A DNA stretch of 32,000 nt from Synechocystis sp. PCC 6803 substr. PCC-P (GCF_000284455.1 NC_017039.1:390001-422000); one strand, 5' to 3'. Positions 1 to 10,702 are shown, counted from the first letter of the stretch. Program-made: numbers and translations. The notes: generated from the sequence alone by a model not told the origin.

Positions 1-455
1 TAGGCGTTAACGGTTTTGCCGCCGTGGCAGTGGCCCTGGGGCACCACAAATCCGCCGCCAATGCCGTCCGGGCTAAGTTGGGGTTCAATGGCGATCGCCG
101 TTAAACGGTCCACCCATTGAGGCCGAATTAAACAATGGTCAAACTGCTTAGCTAGGGCCTGGGCATCATCCTCAGGACGGAGATAGAGTAATAGCTCTAA
201 CTCTCGATATTCCGTTTCTCCCCCCAACTCCTGGCTCAAATGGGTCCAACGATAGCGACTTTCATGGCCCAATTGCCGCTGTAGAGGAGTGGCCCCAGCC
301 CAATAGATAATGCCACCATAGCTCAGGGCCGTGGCGTTGATAGGCTGACGATGTTTTTCGAGTAATAGTACTCGTTGCCCTTGGTTTTGCAATTCATAGG
401 CGATCGCCGCTCCGGTAATGCCGGCCCCGACCACAATGGCATCGAAATTTTCCAT
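1..455 (-). CDS. NAD(P)/FAD-dependent oxidoreductase (DAO family), N-terminal part, truncated by the window edge
   Basis: Reading the reverse complement from ATG at 455..453 gives [34 protein letters not shown]..., a classic GxGxxG Rossmann motif. It overlaps the upstream stop codon as TAATG. Not in the supplied ORF track because it runs off the window. Confidence 0.85.
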   Translation of the reverse strand, partial: MENFDAIVVGAGITGAAIAYELQNQGQRVLLLEKHRQPINATALSYGGIIYWAGATPLQRQLGHESRYRWTHLSQELGGETEYRELELLLYLRPEDDAQALAKQFDHCLIRPQWVDRLTAIAIEPQLSPDGIGGGFVVPQGHCHGGKTVNA

Positions 456-736
456 TAACCTTGATTAACAATTTGGCCCAAGGCGGCAAAACCCGGCACT
501 TTCCCCGCTGAGGCGGCACCATCTTTCTCCGAAACAATGACCGCACTAATCTGATCGCTCATAATGGCCACCTTTTTCTCCGTCTGCTTTTCACAGGTGA
601 GTTCCAACACTTGGGGGCGATCGCCCTGCATGGCAGTGACAATGGTCTGATAGAGTGCTTCCGCCCCATCCTTTTCCTTGCGCTGTACGGACACGGGCAT
701 GGGGGAATATTTAAGGGTCAAATCAATGCTGATCAT
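455..736 (-). CDS. UPF0367-like small conserved cyanobacterial protein
   Basis: The ORF extends to 877, but [64 protein letters not shown] resembles the conserved family starting at the internal ATG at 736..734. The upstream extension looks non-conserved. Confidence 0.75.
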   Translation of the reverse strand: MISIDLTLKYSPMPVSVQRKEKDGAEALYQTIVTAMQGDRPQVLELTCEKQTEKKVAIMSDQISAVIVSEKDGAASAGKVPGFAALGQIVNQG

Positions 737-1006
737 AGGGGAACCGTAAACGGGAAGTGGTGAAACAGTCTTGCGACTCTCCCTATCTAGGTTATAGTTT
801 TTTTGCCAAGAAGGGGGGAAAGCACCAGTTCCCAGGGCACTAAACCGCCAAGCTGCAATCCTCGTTTGTTTAAACAACAGCGCGACAAAGTTGAAATACC
901 TTTTCCATGGAAGACGTAAAATTCTTGATCGGCTCGATTTTATTTTAGTTAGCCATAAAATCCTAAGGTAATGTCGGGCAGTTCTACATGGATAAATGAA
1001 TAAACA

Positions 1007-1942
1007 CTAGTCCCCATGGGAGATCTGGTGCCAGGGGGGTAACTGGATTAAATCTTCCAGGTTGGCCTGCATAGTCTGGCAAATTTGGTCTAAGGGCAGA
1101 TCGTTGGCATCGTGGCCGAAGGGGTTTTCAATCTCCACTCCAATTTCTTCAATGCCGAAGACAGTGAAAGCGATAATTCCCACCACAAAAGCCGTGGCCC
1201 AATGGAGGGTATTCACAATCTGGAAAGGGGTAATGAAGCAATAGAGAAAGATTAGCTGGCGCAAATGGATGGCGTAGGCCAGGGGAATGGGGGTTTTTAA
1301 AATTCGTTCGCAACTGCCCAACACATCCACCATGGTGTCTACCAAGCGCAACATGGCGGTGAGCTGATAGGCATTAATATTGTTTTGGTCGTATTCCCGT
1401 TGCAGATAATTACTGATCCAAAAGGCGATTTCTAAGGGTGGATTATTTAGGTCCTCAAGCTTCCGGTAACCGGATTCCGGCAACAGAGCCCAAATTTCTT
1501 CATTTAGGGGTTGAGAGCGCAGGTGTAACTTTGTGGCCACGGCAAAGGCCACCAGAAGATGCAGAATTTTAATTTTGTCTTGGTGGGCTTGGGGACTGGG
1601 TTCTGCCACCGAAACCCAAATGATCCGAGAGAGGTTACGAATGGTGTTGACCATGGTGCCCCAAGCTTTGCGTCCTTCCCAAAAACGTTCATAGGCGGTG
1701 TTGGTGCGAAACACTAACAGCAATCCCAACACAATGCTGGGCACAATGCTCTCCTGGATGGGAATGGAAAATTTATATCCCCAACCATCCACCAGGGTCA
1801 CCCCCAGGGAAAAGGCCATACACACTAGCACCCGGGAGGCGATCGCCGGAATAACGGAACCTTGCCAACGCAGCAGTATGTCCGTCCATATGCGGGGCGA
1901 TCGGGATGGATGGTGGCTGAAAAAGCTCAAGAATTTGCTCAA
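1007..1942 (-). CDS. Bestrophin-like (UPF0187) membrane protein / anion channel family
   Basis: 311 aa; WTDILLRWQGSVIPAIASRVLVCMAFSLGVTL and GLLLVFRTNTAYERFWEGRKAWG are typical of bacterial bestrophin homologues. Confidence 0.85.
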   Translation of the reverse strand: MSKFLSFFSHHPSRSPRIWTDILLRWQGSVIPAIASRVLVCMAFSLGVTLVDGWGYKFSIPIQESIVPSIVLGLLLVFRTNTAYERFWEGRKAWGTMVNTIRNLSRIIWVSVAEPSPQAHQDKIKILHLLVAFAVATKLHLRSQPLNEEIWALLPESGYRKLEDLNNPPLEIAFWISNYLQREYDQNNINAYQLTAMLRLVDTMVDVLGSCERILKTPIPLAYAIHLRQLIFLYCFITPFQIVNTLHWATAFVVGIIAFTVFGIEEIGVEIENPFGHDANDLPLDQICQTMQANLEDLIQLPPWHQISHGD

Positions 1943-2000
1943 AATTTGCTCTCCCCCAACTTAGATAAACATTGCCAATCTAGGGGAATAATGGCCACAG

Positions 2001-3206
2001 TTATCCCTGGGCCAATGCCGTCTCTTGGGGCATCAAACTCAGCATCTTGGCGATCGCCGTTTCCAAATCATTGTGCCAATGGACAAGGCTGTTGTCGTAC
2101 ATCTGCTGGAGATGATCTAAATTTCCCTGGCTAAATCGGATAACCACCGGTAGCACTTCCCCTGTATAGGTTTGCCGTTGGGGAACCCGTTGGCGCTGGG
2201 GCAAACTGGGGCCCGTCCCCCGTAAACTGCGGTCTTCACTGGAGAGGTTGGGGGGCAGGGGTAAAAAAGACCGTAAATCTTCCGCCAAGGCCGAGGTGTC
2301 CGTTGCTCTGGTGGCCAGGTTAACAAAAATTCCTTTTAAATTGGGGGCCTGGCTGAGGTGGTTAAAGGCCAATTCCAGTTGTTCCCCCAGGGTTATGTCA
2401 CTGCGACCTTCATCCAATAAATAGGCGCCGGTGATGCCGAAGGAATTGAGCAGGTCCCACGTACTCAGGGCTAGCCCTTCACTGTTACAAATTAGGCCAA
2501 TTTGTCCCTGGGCCAAGTTCCCCGGCAGCCAACTATGCCCCGTCCATTGCTCCGATCGCCAATTGATCAAATCCGGATGCCGGTTGATCGCCGTATCGTT
2601 GACTGTAATTTTGCCGTCCAGGGCCATCACCTCCCCGTCAGCACTAATACCCAGGGGATTAATTTCAATCACGTCCAAGTCATAGGTGACAAACAATTCA
2701 TACATTTTGCCGATGATGCCGCTCACCGCAGTCACCAGGGGCCCGGTCAAACCCATTTTCACCGCTAGCCGTCGGGCTAGATAGGGAGAAAAGTTAGTCC
2801 GCAGGGAAACGCTCTGCATTTGCTCCAACAGGGTTTCCACATCAATGCCCCCCTCGCTGGAACCCATTAACACAGGGCACTGCCGTTGGTAGTCCAGCAC
2901 GATCGCCAAAAATAATTCCGACTGGGCATCGTAGCGGGCCTCAGCCAAAATCACCTCTGGGTACTCATCCGCAATGGGCAAATGGAAAATGGCCGAAGCG
3001 GCGGCAATGGCATCAATGGTATTTTCCACAAACCTAACCCCGCCGGCCTTACCCCGGCCCCCCGCCCGCACCTGGGATTTGAGCACCATGGGGTAGGGAA
3101 TTTGCAACCGTTTGAGGGCAGTGGTGTTTTGGATAGTCTGGGAAGGCAAAATGGGAATGCCCACTTGCTGAAATAGTTCCTTGGCCTGGTACTCTAACAA
3201 GTCCAT
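2001..3206 (-). CDS. sucC: Succinate-CoA ligase (ADP-forming) beta subunit-like, divergent
   Basis: 401 aa; MDLLEYQAKELFQQVGIPILPSQ, KSQVRAGGRGKAGGVRFV and DLDVIEINPL match the ATP-grasp SucC family. Later motifs are divergent (see findings). Confidence 0.8.
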   Translation of the reverse strand: MDLLEYQAKELFQQVGIPILPSQTIQNTTALKRLQIPYPMVLKSQVRAGGRGKAGGVRFVENTIDAIAAASAIFHLPIADEYPEVILAEARYDAQSELFLAIVLDYQRQCPVLMGSSEGGIDVETLLEQMQSVSLRTNFSPYLARRLAVKMGLTGPLVTAVSGIIGKMYELFVTYDLDVIEINPLGISADGEVMALDGKITVNDTAINRHPDLINWRSEQWTGHSWLPGNLAQGQIGLICNSEGLALSTWDLLNSFGITGAYLLDEGRSDITLGEQLELAFNHLSQAPNLKGIFVNLATRATDTSALAEDLRSFLPLPPNLSSEDRSLRGTGPSLPQRQRVPQRQTYTGEVLPVVIRFSQGNLDHLQQMYDNSLVHWHNDLETAIAKMLSLMPQETALAQG

Positions 3207-3222
3207 AAGTGATCTCTAAAAT

Positions 3223-3951
3223 TTACTTCTGTTCGCCGCTATGGACAATTTCTTCCACTAGCTCCGATGGACGTCGCTCCGAAAAGCCCCAAGCAAACAG
3301 TAGCCCAATTATGACGATCATCAACAATTGTGGCGGCACTAACTCAGGGTTAATGACTCTGAGCAGTAGGCGCAGACCCACTAACCCCACTGTGATAAAA
3401 CCAGCATCTTTGAGGCGGGTAAAAATCTCTAACCAACGAATAAATAAACCCGCTAAAAACCTGAGGGCAATCACCCCAATGGTGCCCCCCACAATAATCA
3501 GCCATAACTGATCCGCCACGGCGATCGCCGTAGTGACACTATCGAGGGAAAAGGCTAAATCGGTGAAGGCAATCAGGGGGATCGCTTGCCAAAAGGAACT
3601 AAACTCAAAAGCCTTATGATGATTTTCCCCTTCATCGGGAGACAAAAAATAACTCCCCACCAGCCAGAGCAGGTACAATGCCCCCGCCAACTCAAACTGC
3701 CAATATTGCAACACAAAGGAAGCACTGATAATCAACAGAACCCTAAGCACATAGGCAATGACTAACCCTGCGTTCAAAGCTCGTCGTTGCTGGTCCGGAT
3801 TGGGTAAACCCTGGGCGATGGCGGCTAGGGCAATGGCATTATCCGCCGATAGCACTGCCTCAAGGGCAATTAACACTAGCAACGTCAATGGGATTTTGAG
3901 GACAACAGCAAAGGACGAGTTGAATAGTAGATCGAAGTCAAACATGGACAC
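3223..3951 (-). CDS. TerC-family integral membrane protein
   Basis: 242 aa; LEAVLSADNAIALAAIAQGLP and FTDLAFSLDSVTTAIAVADQLWLIIVGG match the TerC/Alx-family signature with paired acidic motifs. Confidence 0.85.
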   Translation of the reverse strand: MSMFDFDLLFNSSFAVVLKIPLTLLVLIALEAVLSADNAIALAAIAQGLPNPDQQRRALNAGLVIAYVLRVLLIISASFVLQYWQFELAGALYLLWLVGSYFLSPDEGENHHKAFEFSSFWQAIPLIAFTDLAFSLDSVTTAIAVADQLWLIIVGGTIGVIALRFLAGLFIRWLEIFTRLKDAGFITVGLVGLRLLLRVINPELVPPQLLMIVIIGLLFAWGFSERRPSELVEEIVHSGEQK

Positions 3952-4054
3952 AGGGGAAGGTGGAGGCCTGCAGAGATAGACCGGAAAAACCAGGACTCAG
4001 CAAGGTTTAGTTCCAGTCATACCATCTTCCCTCATTATTGGGGGCTTTGGTGAT

Positions 4055-4069
4055 GGGGGTCTACCCCCC
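4055..4069. terminator. Possible hairpin downstream of the flotillin-like gene (GGGGG TCTA CCCCC)
   Basis: Perfect 5-bp G/C stem with 4-nt loop about 30 nt beyond the stop at 4098. No clear U tract. Confidence 0.25.
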
Positions 4070-4097
4070 TATCAGTAGCGATCGCCGTTGATCCCCG

Positions 4098-6119
4098 CTA
4101 AATTTCCTCCGGGGAAAAATTTGTCTCAGTGGGGGGAGCGAGGTCAGGCCAATCGTCTTCACTGACAGCAGCAGAAGGGGGGGAAACCGACGGGGGATCC
4201 TGGAGTAGGGATTTAACCTGGTCAACTACGGTGCTGAGTTTGCCTTCATTCAACAAACCATTGAGCAGGGTGAGGCCACTGGTGGAAAGCAGTAATTTAT
4301 TGATGTCTCCGCTGTTACTACCATTGCCATTGCTCCCACTTAACCCAGGGAAAGAGTAAATGCGGGATTCCCCCAAAACCCCGGGCTGGGGCGCCAACGC
4401 TTTGATTAGATCCGGCAGTTGGGTAACCAGTTCCGGCCAGATGGTTTTTAATAACTCCGCTGTGCGATTAGCATTACTTAAACTGTTATGGGCTTCGATA
4501 ATGGCTTTTTGTCCCTCCGCTTCAGCCATAGCTTTGTGGCGGTTGGCATCGGCCAGGGTGCGGATGGATTCCGCTTCCAATTCCGCCGCTTGCCTGGCAC
4601 TTTCCGCTTGCCGCCGCCGCCGGAATACGTCAATTTCCACCACGTTTTGTTCAGCGATGCGATGTTGTTGGGCATCCTGTTGGGCCACAATCACTGCTAA
4701 TTTTTGAGCCCTTTCCGCCGCTTCCACTTCCTGGGCGGTAATTACCCCGGATTCTGCCTCGGCCCGCAGGGCTTCCGCCTCTAACCGTTCCTTCTGTTTA
4801 TTGGCAATGGCGATCGCCGCTGTTTGTTCGGTGATTTGGGTTTTTTGTTCGGCCAGGGCAATTTCCGCCTTAGCTTGCAGTTGGGAAGCCTCGATGGTTT
4901 TCTTCCGTTGAATTTCCGCCACCTCCGCTTCCTGTTTTTGCAACGCCTGGGCCACTTTTAGCTCCTTATTCCGTTCCTCCAAGGCGATCGCCGACGCAAT
5001 TTGACTATTTTGAATAGCTAATTCTTTCTGAATCCGTTCCTCCTCCACCGCCTGTTCCTGGAGAATTTTATTCCGTTCCTTTTTCGCCTCCTCCTTATCC
5101 TTTGCCTCTTGAATTTCCCGTTGCTGTTGGGCTTCCTGGGATTCCAATTCCTTCCGTTGGGCTAGTTTGAGTAATTCAATTTCTTTTTGTTGGGTAATAT
5201 TGGCGTCTTCCTGCTCCCGTTTAATGGCTAAACTCTTTTTCTCAGCTTCCAATTCTCCCTGTTCAATGGCCACCCTGGTGGTTAACTCCACCTCCCGTTT
5301 TTGTTGGATGGATCGTTGGATCGTTTCCGTTCTTAACCGCACTCCCTGGGCATCAAAAAAGTTATTTTCGTCGTAGGTATCACTTTCTTCAATTTCGGAA
5401 ATGGCAATGTTATTGAGGGTTAAACCAACTTTACGTAAATCACCTTGGATCAGGTTCAACACTTCATCAGCAAAACCCAATTTATCGGAATCCAATTCCG
5501 CCAATTTTTTCTTTTTCGCCGCCGCTCGAATGGCATCATCGGCCCGTTTTTCCAGAGCATCTTTAATATCCGCTTCCGAAATTTGCCCTTTTTTAGAAAG
5601 CCTGGCCGCCGCTGTTAAAATTTCATTGCGGTTGGGGGTAATGCAAACGTAGAAAGTCACTCGCATATTGGCCCGCATATAATCCTGGGTCCGCACAGCC
5701 AAATTCCCTGCCCGCACCACATCGATAGAAATTTCCCTTAGGGAGACCCTGGTAATTTCATGGAAACCGGGAATGACAATGCAGCCTCCGTGGAGAATCA
5801 CCATTTGCTCTTTTTTAAAAACGCCGCCAGTTCTGACTAAAGCTTCGTTATTGGGGGCAATGACGTAAAAGCGGGTATAAAGAAAAATGGTCACTAAAAT
5901 CAGAAAAATGACCGCAATAATTACCACCGGAAAAAATAACAGTGGCGACAAACCTCCCAAGGCAGAATTATTATTATCCAAAGTCTGATTGGGGGCTTGG
6001 GCAATGATTAACTCTCCTGAAGTTTCACCTGGACTAGCCTGTATGGCCATTACGGGAACAGTGTCCCCTGGCAGGGTGGGCAAGGTCTGGAGAAATTCAA
6101 ACCAAAATTTACTTTGCAT
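4098..6119 (-). CDS. Large flotillin / SPFH-domain protein
   Basis: 673 aa; TM segment LLFFPVVIIAVIFLILVTIFLYTRF, SPFH core YVIAPNNEALVRTGG..GGCIVIPGFHEITRVSLREISIDV, and a long Glu/Ala/Gln-rich coiled coil. Confidence 0.88.
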   Translation of the reverse strand: MQSKFWFEFLQTLPTLPGDTVPVMAIQASPGETSGELIIAQAPNQTLDNNNSALGGLSPLLFFPVVIIAVIFLILVTIFLYTRFYVIAPNNEALVRTGGVFKKEQMVILHGGCIVIPGFHEITRVSLREISIDVVRAGNLAVRTQDYMRANMRVTFYVCITPNRNEILTAAARLSKKGQISEADIKDALEKRADDAIRAAAKKKKLAELDSDKLGFADEVLNLIQGDLRKVGLTLNNIAISEIEESDTYDENNFFDAQGVRLRTETIQRSIQQKREVELTTRVAIEQGELEAEKKSLAIKREQEDANITQQKEIELLKLAQRKELESQEAQQQREIQEAKDKEEAKKERNKILQEQAVEEERIQKELAIQNSQIASAIALEERNKELKVAQALQKQEAEVAEIQRKKTIEASQLQAKAEIALAEQKTQITEQTAAIAIANKQKERLEAEALRAEAESGVITAQEVEAAERAQKLAVIVAQQDAQQHRIAEQNVVEIDVFRRRRQAESARQAAELEAESIRTLADANRHKAMAEAEGQKAIIEAHNSLSNANRTAELLKTIWPELVTQLPDLIKALAPQPGVLGESRIYSFPGLSGSNGNGSNSGDINKLLLSTSGLTLLNGLLNEGKLSTVVDQVKSLLQDPPSVSPPSAAVSEDDWPDLAPPTETNFSPEEI

Positions 6120-6158
6120 GGTGTGCCTCCGGAGGATAAAAGTTGTAGTTGCGAAACC

Positions 6159-6980
6159 TTAAGCGTTGGTTAACCAAAATTTGGCAATGTAGCCCAAAGC
6201 TTTAACCCCATCTCGCCAATTGATTTTCTTTCCTTCCGCAAAGGTACGGCCATAATAGGCCACCCCCACTTCATAAATTCGCCATCGCTTCGGCGATCGG
6301 GTTACCTTCATTGTAAATTCAACTTCGAAACCGAAATCATTACAGGTTAAACGTAAATCCTCCAACACTTCCCGTCGAAACATTTTGTAACAAACTTCAA
6401 TGTCAGTGAGGTTAATATTACAGACCAAATCAATCAAACTGGTGATCAATTTATTGCCTAAATAATGATGGAAATAGAGCACCCGATGGGGATTGCCGTA
6501 GAAGCGGGAACCGTACACCACATCGGCCCAACCCCCATCAATTAACTTCCACATGGGACCCCAATCCTCGGGGTCGTATTCCAAATCCGCATCTTGAATA
6601 ATCAACACATCCCCGGTGGCGGCGGCAAAAGCAGTGTGGAGAGCCCCCCCTTTGCCCTGATTCTGACGATGGAAAATTACTTTCACTTCCCATTCCTTGG
6701 GCATAACAAAACTGTTCCCCTGGCGATCGCCGTTGGTTTCCGCCGATTGATCAAGGGGAAAGCACTGGAATTTACCCGCTAAGTTGACGTTGGCTAAAAC
6801 GGGATGCTGTTCCGGATCGCCAAAGGTATCCACCAACCATTCCCTCGTACCATCCTTAGAGCCATCGTCCACCATGACAATTTCCTTGGGGATTTCAGGC
6901 ATTACCGTGGTAATTTTTTTGAGAATTTTTTCGATGGTTTGGATTTCGTTATAAATCGGAATGATAACCGAAAGCTTCAT
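6159..6980 (-). CDS. Family 2 glycosyltransferase (dolichol-phosphate mannosyltransferase-like)
   Basis: The ORF extends to 7043, but the conserved start is MKLSVIIPIYNEIQTIEKIL at 6980; contains IQDADLEYDPEDW. The upstream extension looks like chance ORF. Confidence 0.88.
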   Translation of the reverse strand: MKLSVIIPIYNEIQTIEKILKKITTVMPEIPKEIVMVDDGSKDGTREWLVDTFGDPEQHPVLANVNLAGKFQCFPLDQSAETNGDRQGNSFVMPKEWEVKVIFHRQNQGKGGALHTAFAAATGDVLIIQDADLEYDPEDWGPMWKLIDGGWADVVYGSRFYGNPHRVLYFHHYLGNKLITSLIDLVCNINLTDIEVCYKMFRREVLEDLRLTCNDFGFEVEFTMKVTRSPKRWRIYEVGVAYYGRTFAEGKKINWRDGVKALGYIAKFWLTNA

Positions 6981-7135
6981 GGAAATTGGCTTAGTTAAGA
7001 AAAACAGAAGAAAATCCTTGGCAATGGCGAAGTCACAGCCCACCTCAGCACCCTAAGAGTTATATCATTTGGAGAGAGGCTATTCGGAAAATTGAAGTCT
7101 ATTTTTAGTCAGAATTAACAGGAAGTAAGTTTTAG

Positions 7136-8245
<1,110 letters not shown>

Positions 8246-8289
8246 AAGGTAAAGAATTGTAAACTAAGTTAATTATCCCAGGAAATCCC

Positions 8290-8463
8290 ATGAGTGAAGA
8301 ACTACAACCGAACCAAACCCCCGTGCAGGAAGATCCCAAATTTGGCTTCAACAACTACGCGGAAAAGCTCAATGGCCGGGCTGCCATGGTGGGATTTCTC
8401 CTCATCCTGGTGATCGAATATTTCACTAACCAAGGGGTGTTGGCCTGGTTGGGACTGCGCTAG
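8290..8463 (+). CDS. hliD: High-light-inducible (HLIP/ELIP, single-helix CAB-like) protein, HliD-like, 57 aa
   Basis: Direct translation of ATG 8290 to TAG 8461..8463: MSEELQPNQTPVQEDPKFGFNNYAEKLNGRAAMVGFLLILVIEYFTNQGVLAWLGLR. Contains the hallmark FGFN..AEKLNGRAAMVGFLLILVIEYFTNQGVL. Absent from the ORF track, probably because it is shorter than 60 aa. Confidence 0.93.
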   Translation: MSEELQPNQTPVQEDPKFGFNNYAEKLNGRAAMVGFLLILVIEYFTNQGVLAWLGLR

Positions 8464-8499
8464 GGAGTTGGCTTATTGCTGCTTGCGTACAATCGAGAT

Positions 8500-8525
8500 A
8501 GCTGATAGCTCTGCCTAAATCAGCT
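8500..8525. terminator. Candidate hairpin between convergent hliD-like and gloB genes
   Basis: AGCTGAT (8500..8506) / ATCAGCT (8519..8525) inverted repeat between convergent genes; weak T tail. Confidence 0.3.
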
Positions 8526-8542
8526 TATTTCCCGGCAAAAAG

Positions 8543-9316
8543 CTAGAAGTTGTCCTTCATGCCCCGGAGCTTGCCAAATACCCGAGCTGGCTCCGTCATT
8601 CCTACCCTAGCTTGAATAGCTGGATTGTCCCACCGCAGAAAGGGATTGGTGCGTTTTTCTGTGCCCAACCAAGATGGAATGGTGGCCTGGCCCCGTTGGC
8701 GATCGCCTTGCACTGTCTGGAACCGTTCCTGAAGATCCTTGTTGCTGGGGTCAACGGTGAGGGCAAATTTGAGGTTACCTAGGGTGTATTCGTGGGCGCA
8801 CCACAGACGGGTTTGATCTGGTAGTTGGCGTAATTTGCCGATGGATTGCACCATCTGGGCGGGAGTGCCTTCAAACAATCGGCCACAGCCCCCAGCAAAA
8901 ATGGTGTCACCGCAAAATAAATCCCCGATGGTTTCTCCTGACCCTGGAGCAAAATAGTAGGCAATGTGGCCCCTAGTGTGGCCTGGTACAAAATAAACTG
9001 TGGCTTCCCTATCAGCAAAACTGAGGCGATCGCCGTCTCGCAGAAACACCGTTTGGCCGGGAATACGTCCCTGATCTTCGACTCCCCCGTAAACTTCCAG
9101 ATTGGGATATTTTGCTAACAGCTCTCGATTCGCTCCCACATGGTCCCCATGGTGATGGGTGTTATAAATGGTAACTAAATCGGCTCCTAAGGTTTCTAGA
9201 CAATCCAATACAGGTTTAGCTTCCGCCGGATCCACCACTGCGGCCTGATTCCTCTGGCGATCATGGAGGAGGAAAATATAGTTATCGGCCAGGGCTGGTA
9301 AGCGGTGAATATCCAT
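8543..9316 (-). CDS. gloB: Hydroxyacylglutathione hydrolase (glyoxalase II)
   Basis: 257 aa; intact metallo-beta-lactamase-fold motif [15 protein letters not shown], plus [17 protein letters not shown] and [14 protein letters not shown]. Confidence 0.95.
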   Translation of the reverse strand: MDIHRLPALADNYIFLLHDRQRNQAAVVDPAEAKPVLDCLETLGADLVTIYNTHHHGDHVGANRELLAKYPNLEVYGGVEDQGRIPGQTVFLRDGDRLSFADREATVYFVPGHTRGHIAYYFAPGSGETIGDLFCGDTIFAGGCGRLFEGTPAQMVQSIGKLRQLPDQTRLWCAHEYTLGNLKFALTVDPSNKDLQERFQTVQGDRQRGQATIPSWLGTEKRTNPFLRWDNPAIQARVGMTEPARVFGKLRGMKDNF

Positions 9317-9376
9317 AATTTTTTTGTCTGATTAATCTCAGTGTTTGCCTGCAAGTATTTTAAAAAGCTGACCAAA

Positions 9377-10702
9377 TTAACTTTCCCACGCCACCACTCG
9401 ACCTTTTAAGCTGTGATTCCACCAAGGACTGTTGTAGGCGGAAGTTTGCAAAGTGCCCCTTTTTAGGGTCCAAGCCTGATCGGGATCAAACAAAATACGG
9501 GAATTACTAACTTCTGGTAAACCTAAGCATCGCCGGGGATTGGTGCTCAAAGCTCGCCACAATGCCATTGGAGTTATCAGATTTTTTTCCACTAACCCTT
9601 GCCATAAACAGGGCAAAACCAATTCATAACCGATCGCCCCGGGGGGAGTTTCCGCAAAGGTTTGGGTCTTTTCTTCGTAAGTGAAGGCTTGGTGGTCCAC
9701 CGCAATGGCATCAATGACGCCGGATTTAACCCCTTCGATTAGCGCTAGCCGATCGCCTTCGTTACCCAGGGGAGGGTCAAAACGCAAATTGGGATCGTAG
9801 TGGGGAGTGTGGGGCGGTAAACCATGGGCGATCGCCTCATTACTGAGCAGGAGATGGTGCCAATTGACGCTGGCGGTGCAATTTAAACCCTGACTTTTAG
9901 CTTGGACAATTAATTCTACGCCCCGGGCGGTGGAAATTCGCATGAAATGCACGGGAGTCCCATAATGGGGCAACAATTCCAGCAAACTGGCGATCACCGC
10001 CGCTTCGGACATCACCGGATCCGGTGGCAGGCCCAACTGAATCGCCAAGGGCCCTTCCCGCATTACCCCATTTCCCCGCAGGGAAAGATTAAGGGGCACC
10101 AAAGCTAAAGGTTTGCCGGCTATGGCTCCATATTCCAAAGCCCGCTGTAGTAACCGCCAATCTTGAATTGCGCCCCCATCGCTGAAGCCAATTACCCCTG
10201 CTTGGTCTAGCTCTCCCCATTCCGTTAACTGCTTGCCCTGGTTCCCTTGGGTGACACTCCCCCACCAATGGCATTGGACTGGGGCCGAATCTGGCCGATT
10301 TTCCGCTTGAGGGTCTCCAGGGGGCTGATGGTGAGCATTGACCCCTTCTATCTGGTTTAACCGTTGCTTTAACCATTGCAAAGTTTGGGGTTGATCCAGG
10401 GGAGGATCGGTGTTGGGTAAAATAGCCACGTCCCCAAACCCACCGGCGATCGCCGTTTTCACCAATTGACTGAGGGTTTCCCTGTCTTCGTACCCAGGCT
10501 CACCACTGTAGCTGTACAGATCTGCCAAGCTAGGGGCCAAAAGCAAATTTTCTCCGGGTATAACCGCCGCATCCGCCGGTATCGGGTAAGAATCATCTTC
10601 AACGGCCACAATGGCCCTACCCCGTACTATTACCGTCACCCGTGTTTCCTTGCCCTGTATGGGATCTAAGCAACGAACCTGGGGTCGACATTGCGTTTCC
10701 AT
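9377..10702 (-). CDS. pyrC: Dihydroorotase-like amidohydrolase homologue, probably non-catalytic
   Basis: 441 aa; LLAPSLADLYSYSGEPGYEDRETL..AAIAGGFGDVAILPNTDPPLD, RFDPPLGNEGDRLALIEGV and PPGAIGYELVLP align with dihydroorotase motifs, but the HxH and other ligands are replaced. Confidence 0.82.
   Translation of the reverse strand: METQCRPQVRCLDPIQGKETRVTVIVRGRAIVAVEDDSYPIPADAAVIPGENLLLAPSLADLYSYSGEPGYEDRETLSQLVKTAIAGGFGDVAILPNTDPPLDQPQTLQWLKQRLNQIEGVNAHHQPPGDPQAENRPDSAPVQCHWWGSVTQGNQGKQLTEWGELDQAGVIGFSDGGAIQDWRLLQRALEYGAIAGKPLALVPLNLSLRGNGVMREGPLAIQLGLPPDPVMSEAAVIASLLELLPHYGTPVHFMRISTARGVELIVQAKSQGLNCTASVNWHHLLLSNEAIAHGLPPHTPHYDPNLRFDPPLGNEGDRLALIEGVKSGVIDAIAVDHQAFTYEEKTQTFAETPPGAIGYELVLPCLWQGLVEKNLITPMALWRALSTNPRRCLGLPEVSNSRILFDPDQAWTLKRGTLQTSAYNSPWWNHSLKGRVVAWES

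Noticed and set aside
1062-1964. Plus-strand and minus-strand ORFs opposite or inside the bestrophin-like gene (1062..1244, 1698..1964, 1504..1692)
   Set aside because: Low-complexity shadow ORFs overlapping a well-supported gene; no recognisable motifs or start context.
6981-7043. N-terminal extension of the glycosyltransferase (MGCDFAIAKDFLLFFLTKPIS)
   Set aside because: GT2 proteins typically begin at MKLSVIIPIYNE; the extension is hydrophobic but lies in the intergenic region upstream of a better ATG.
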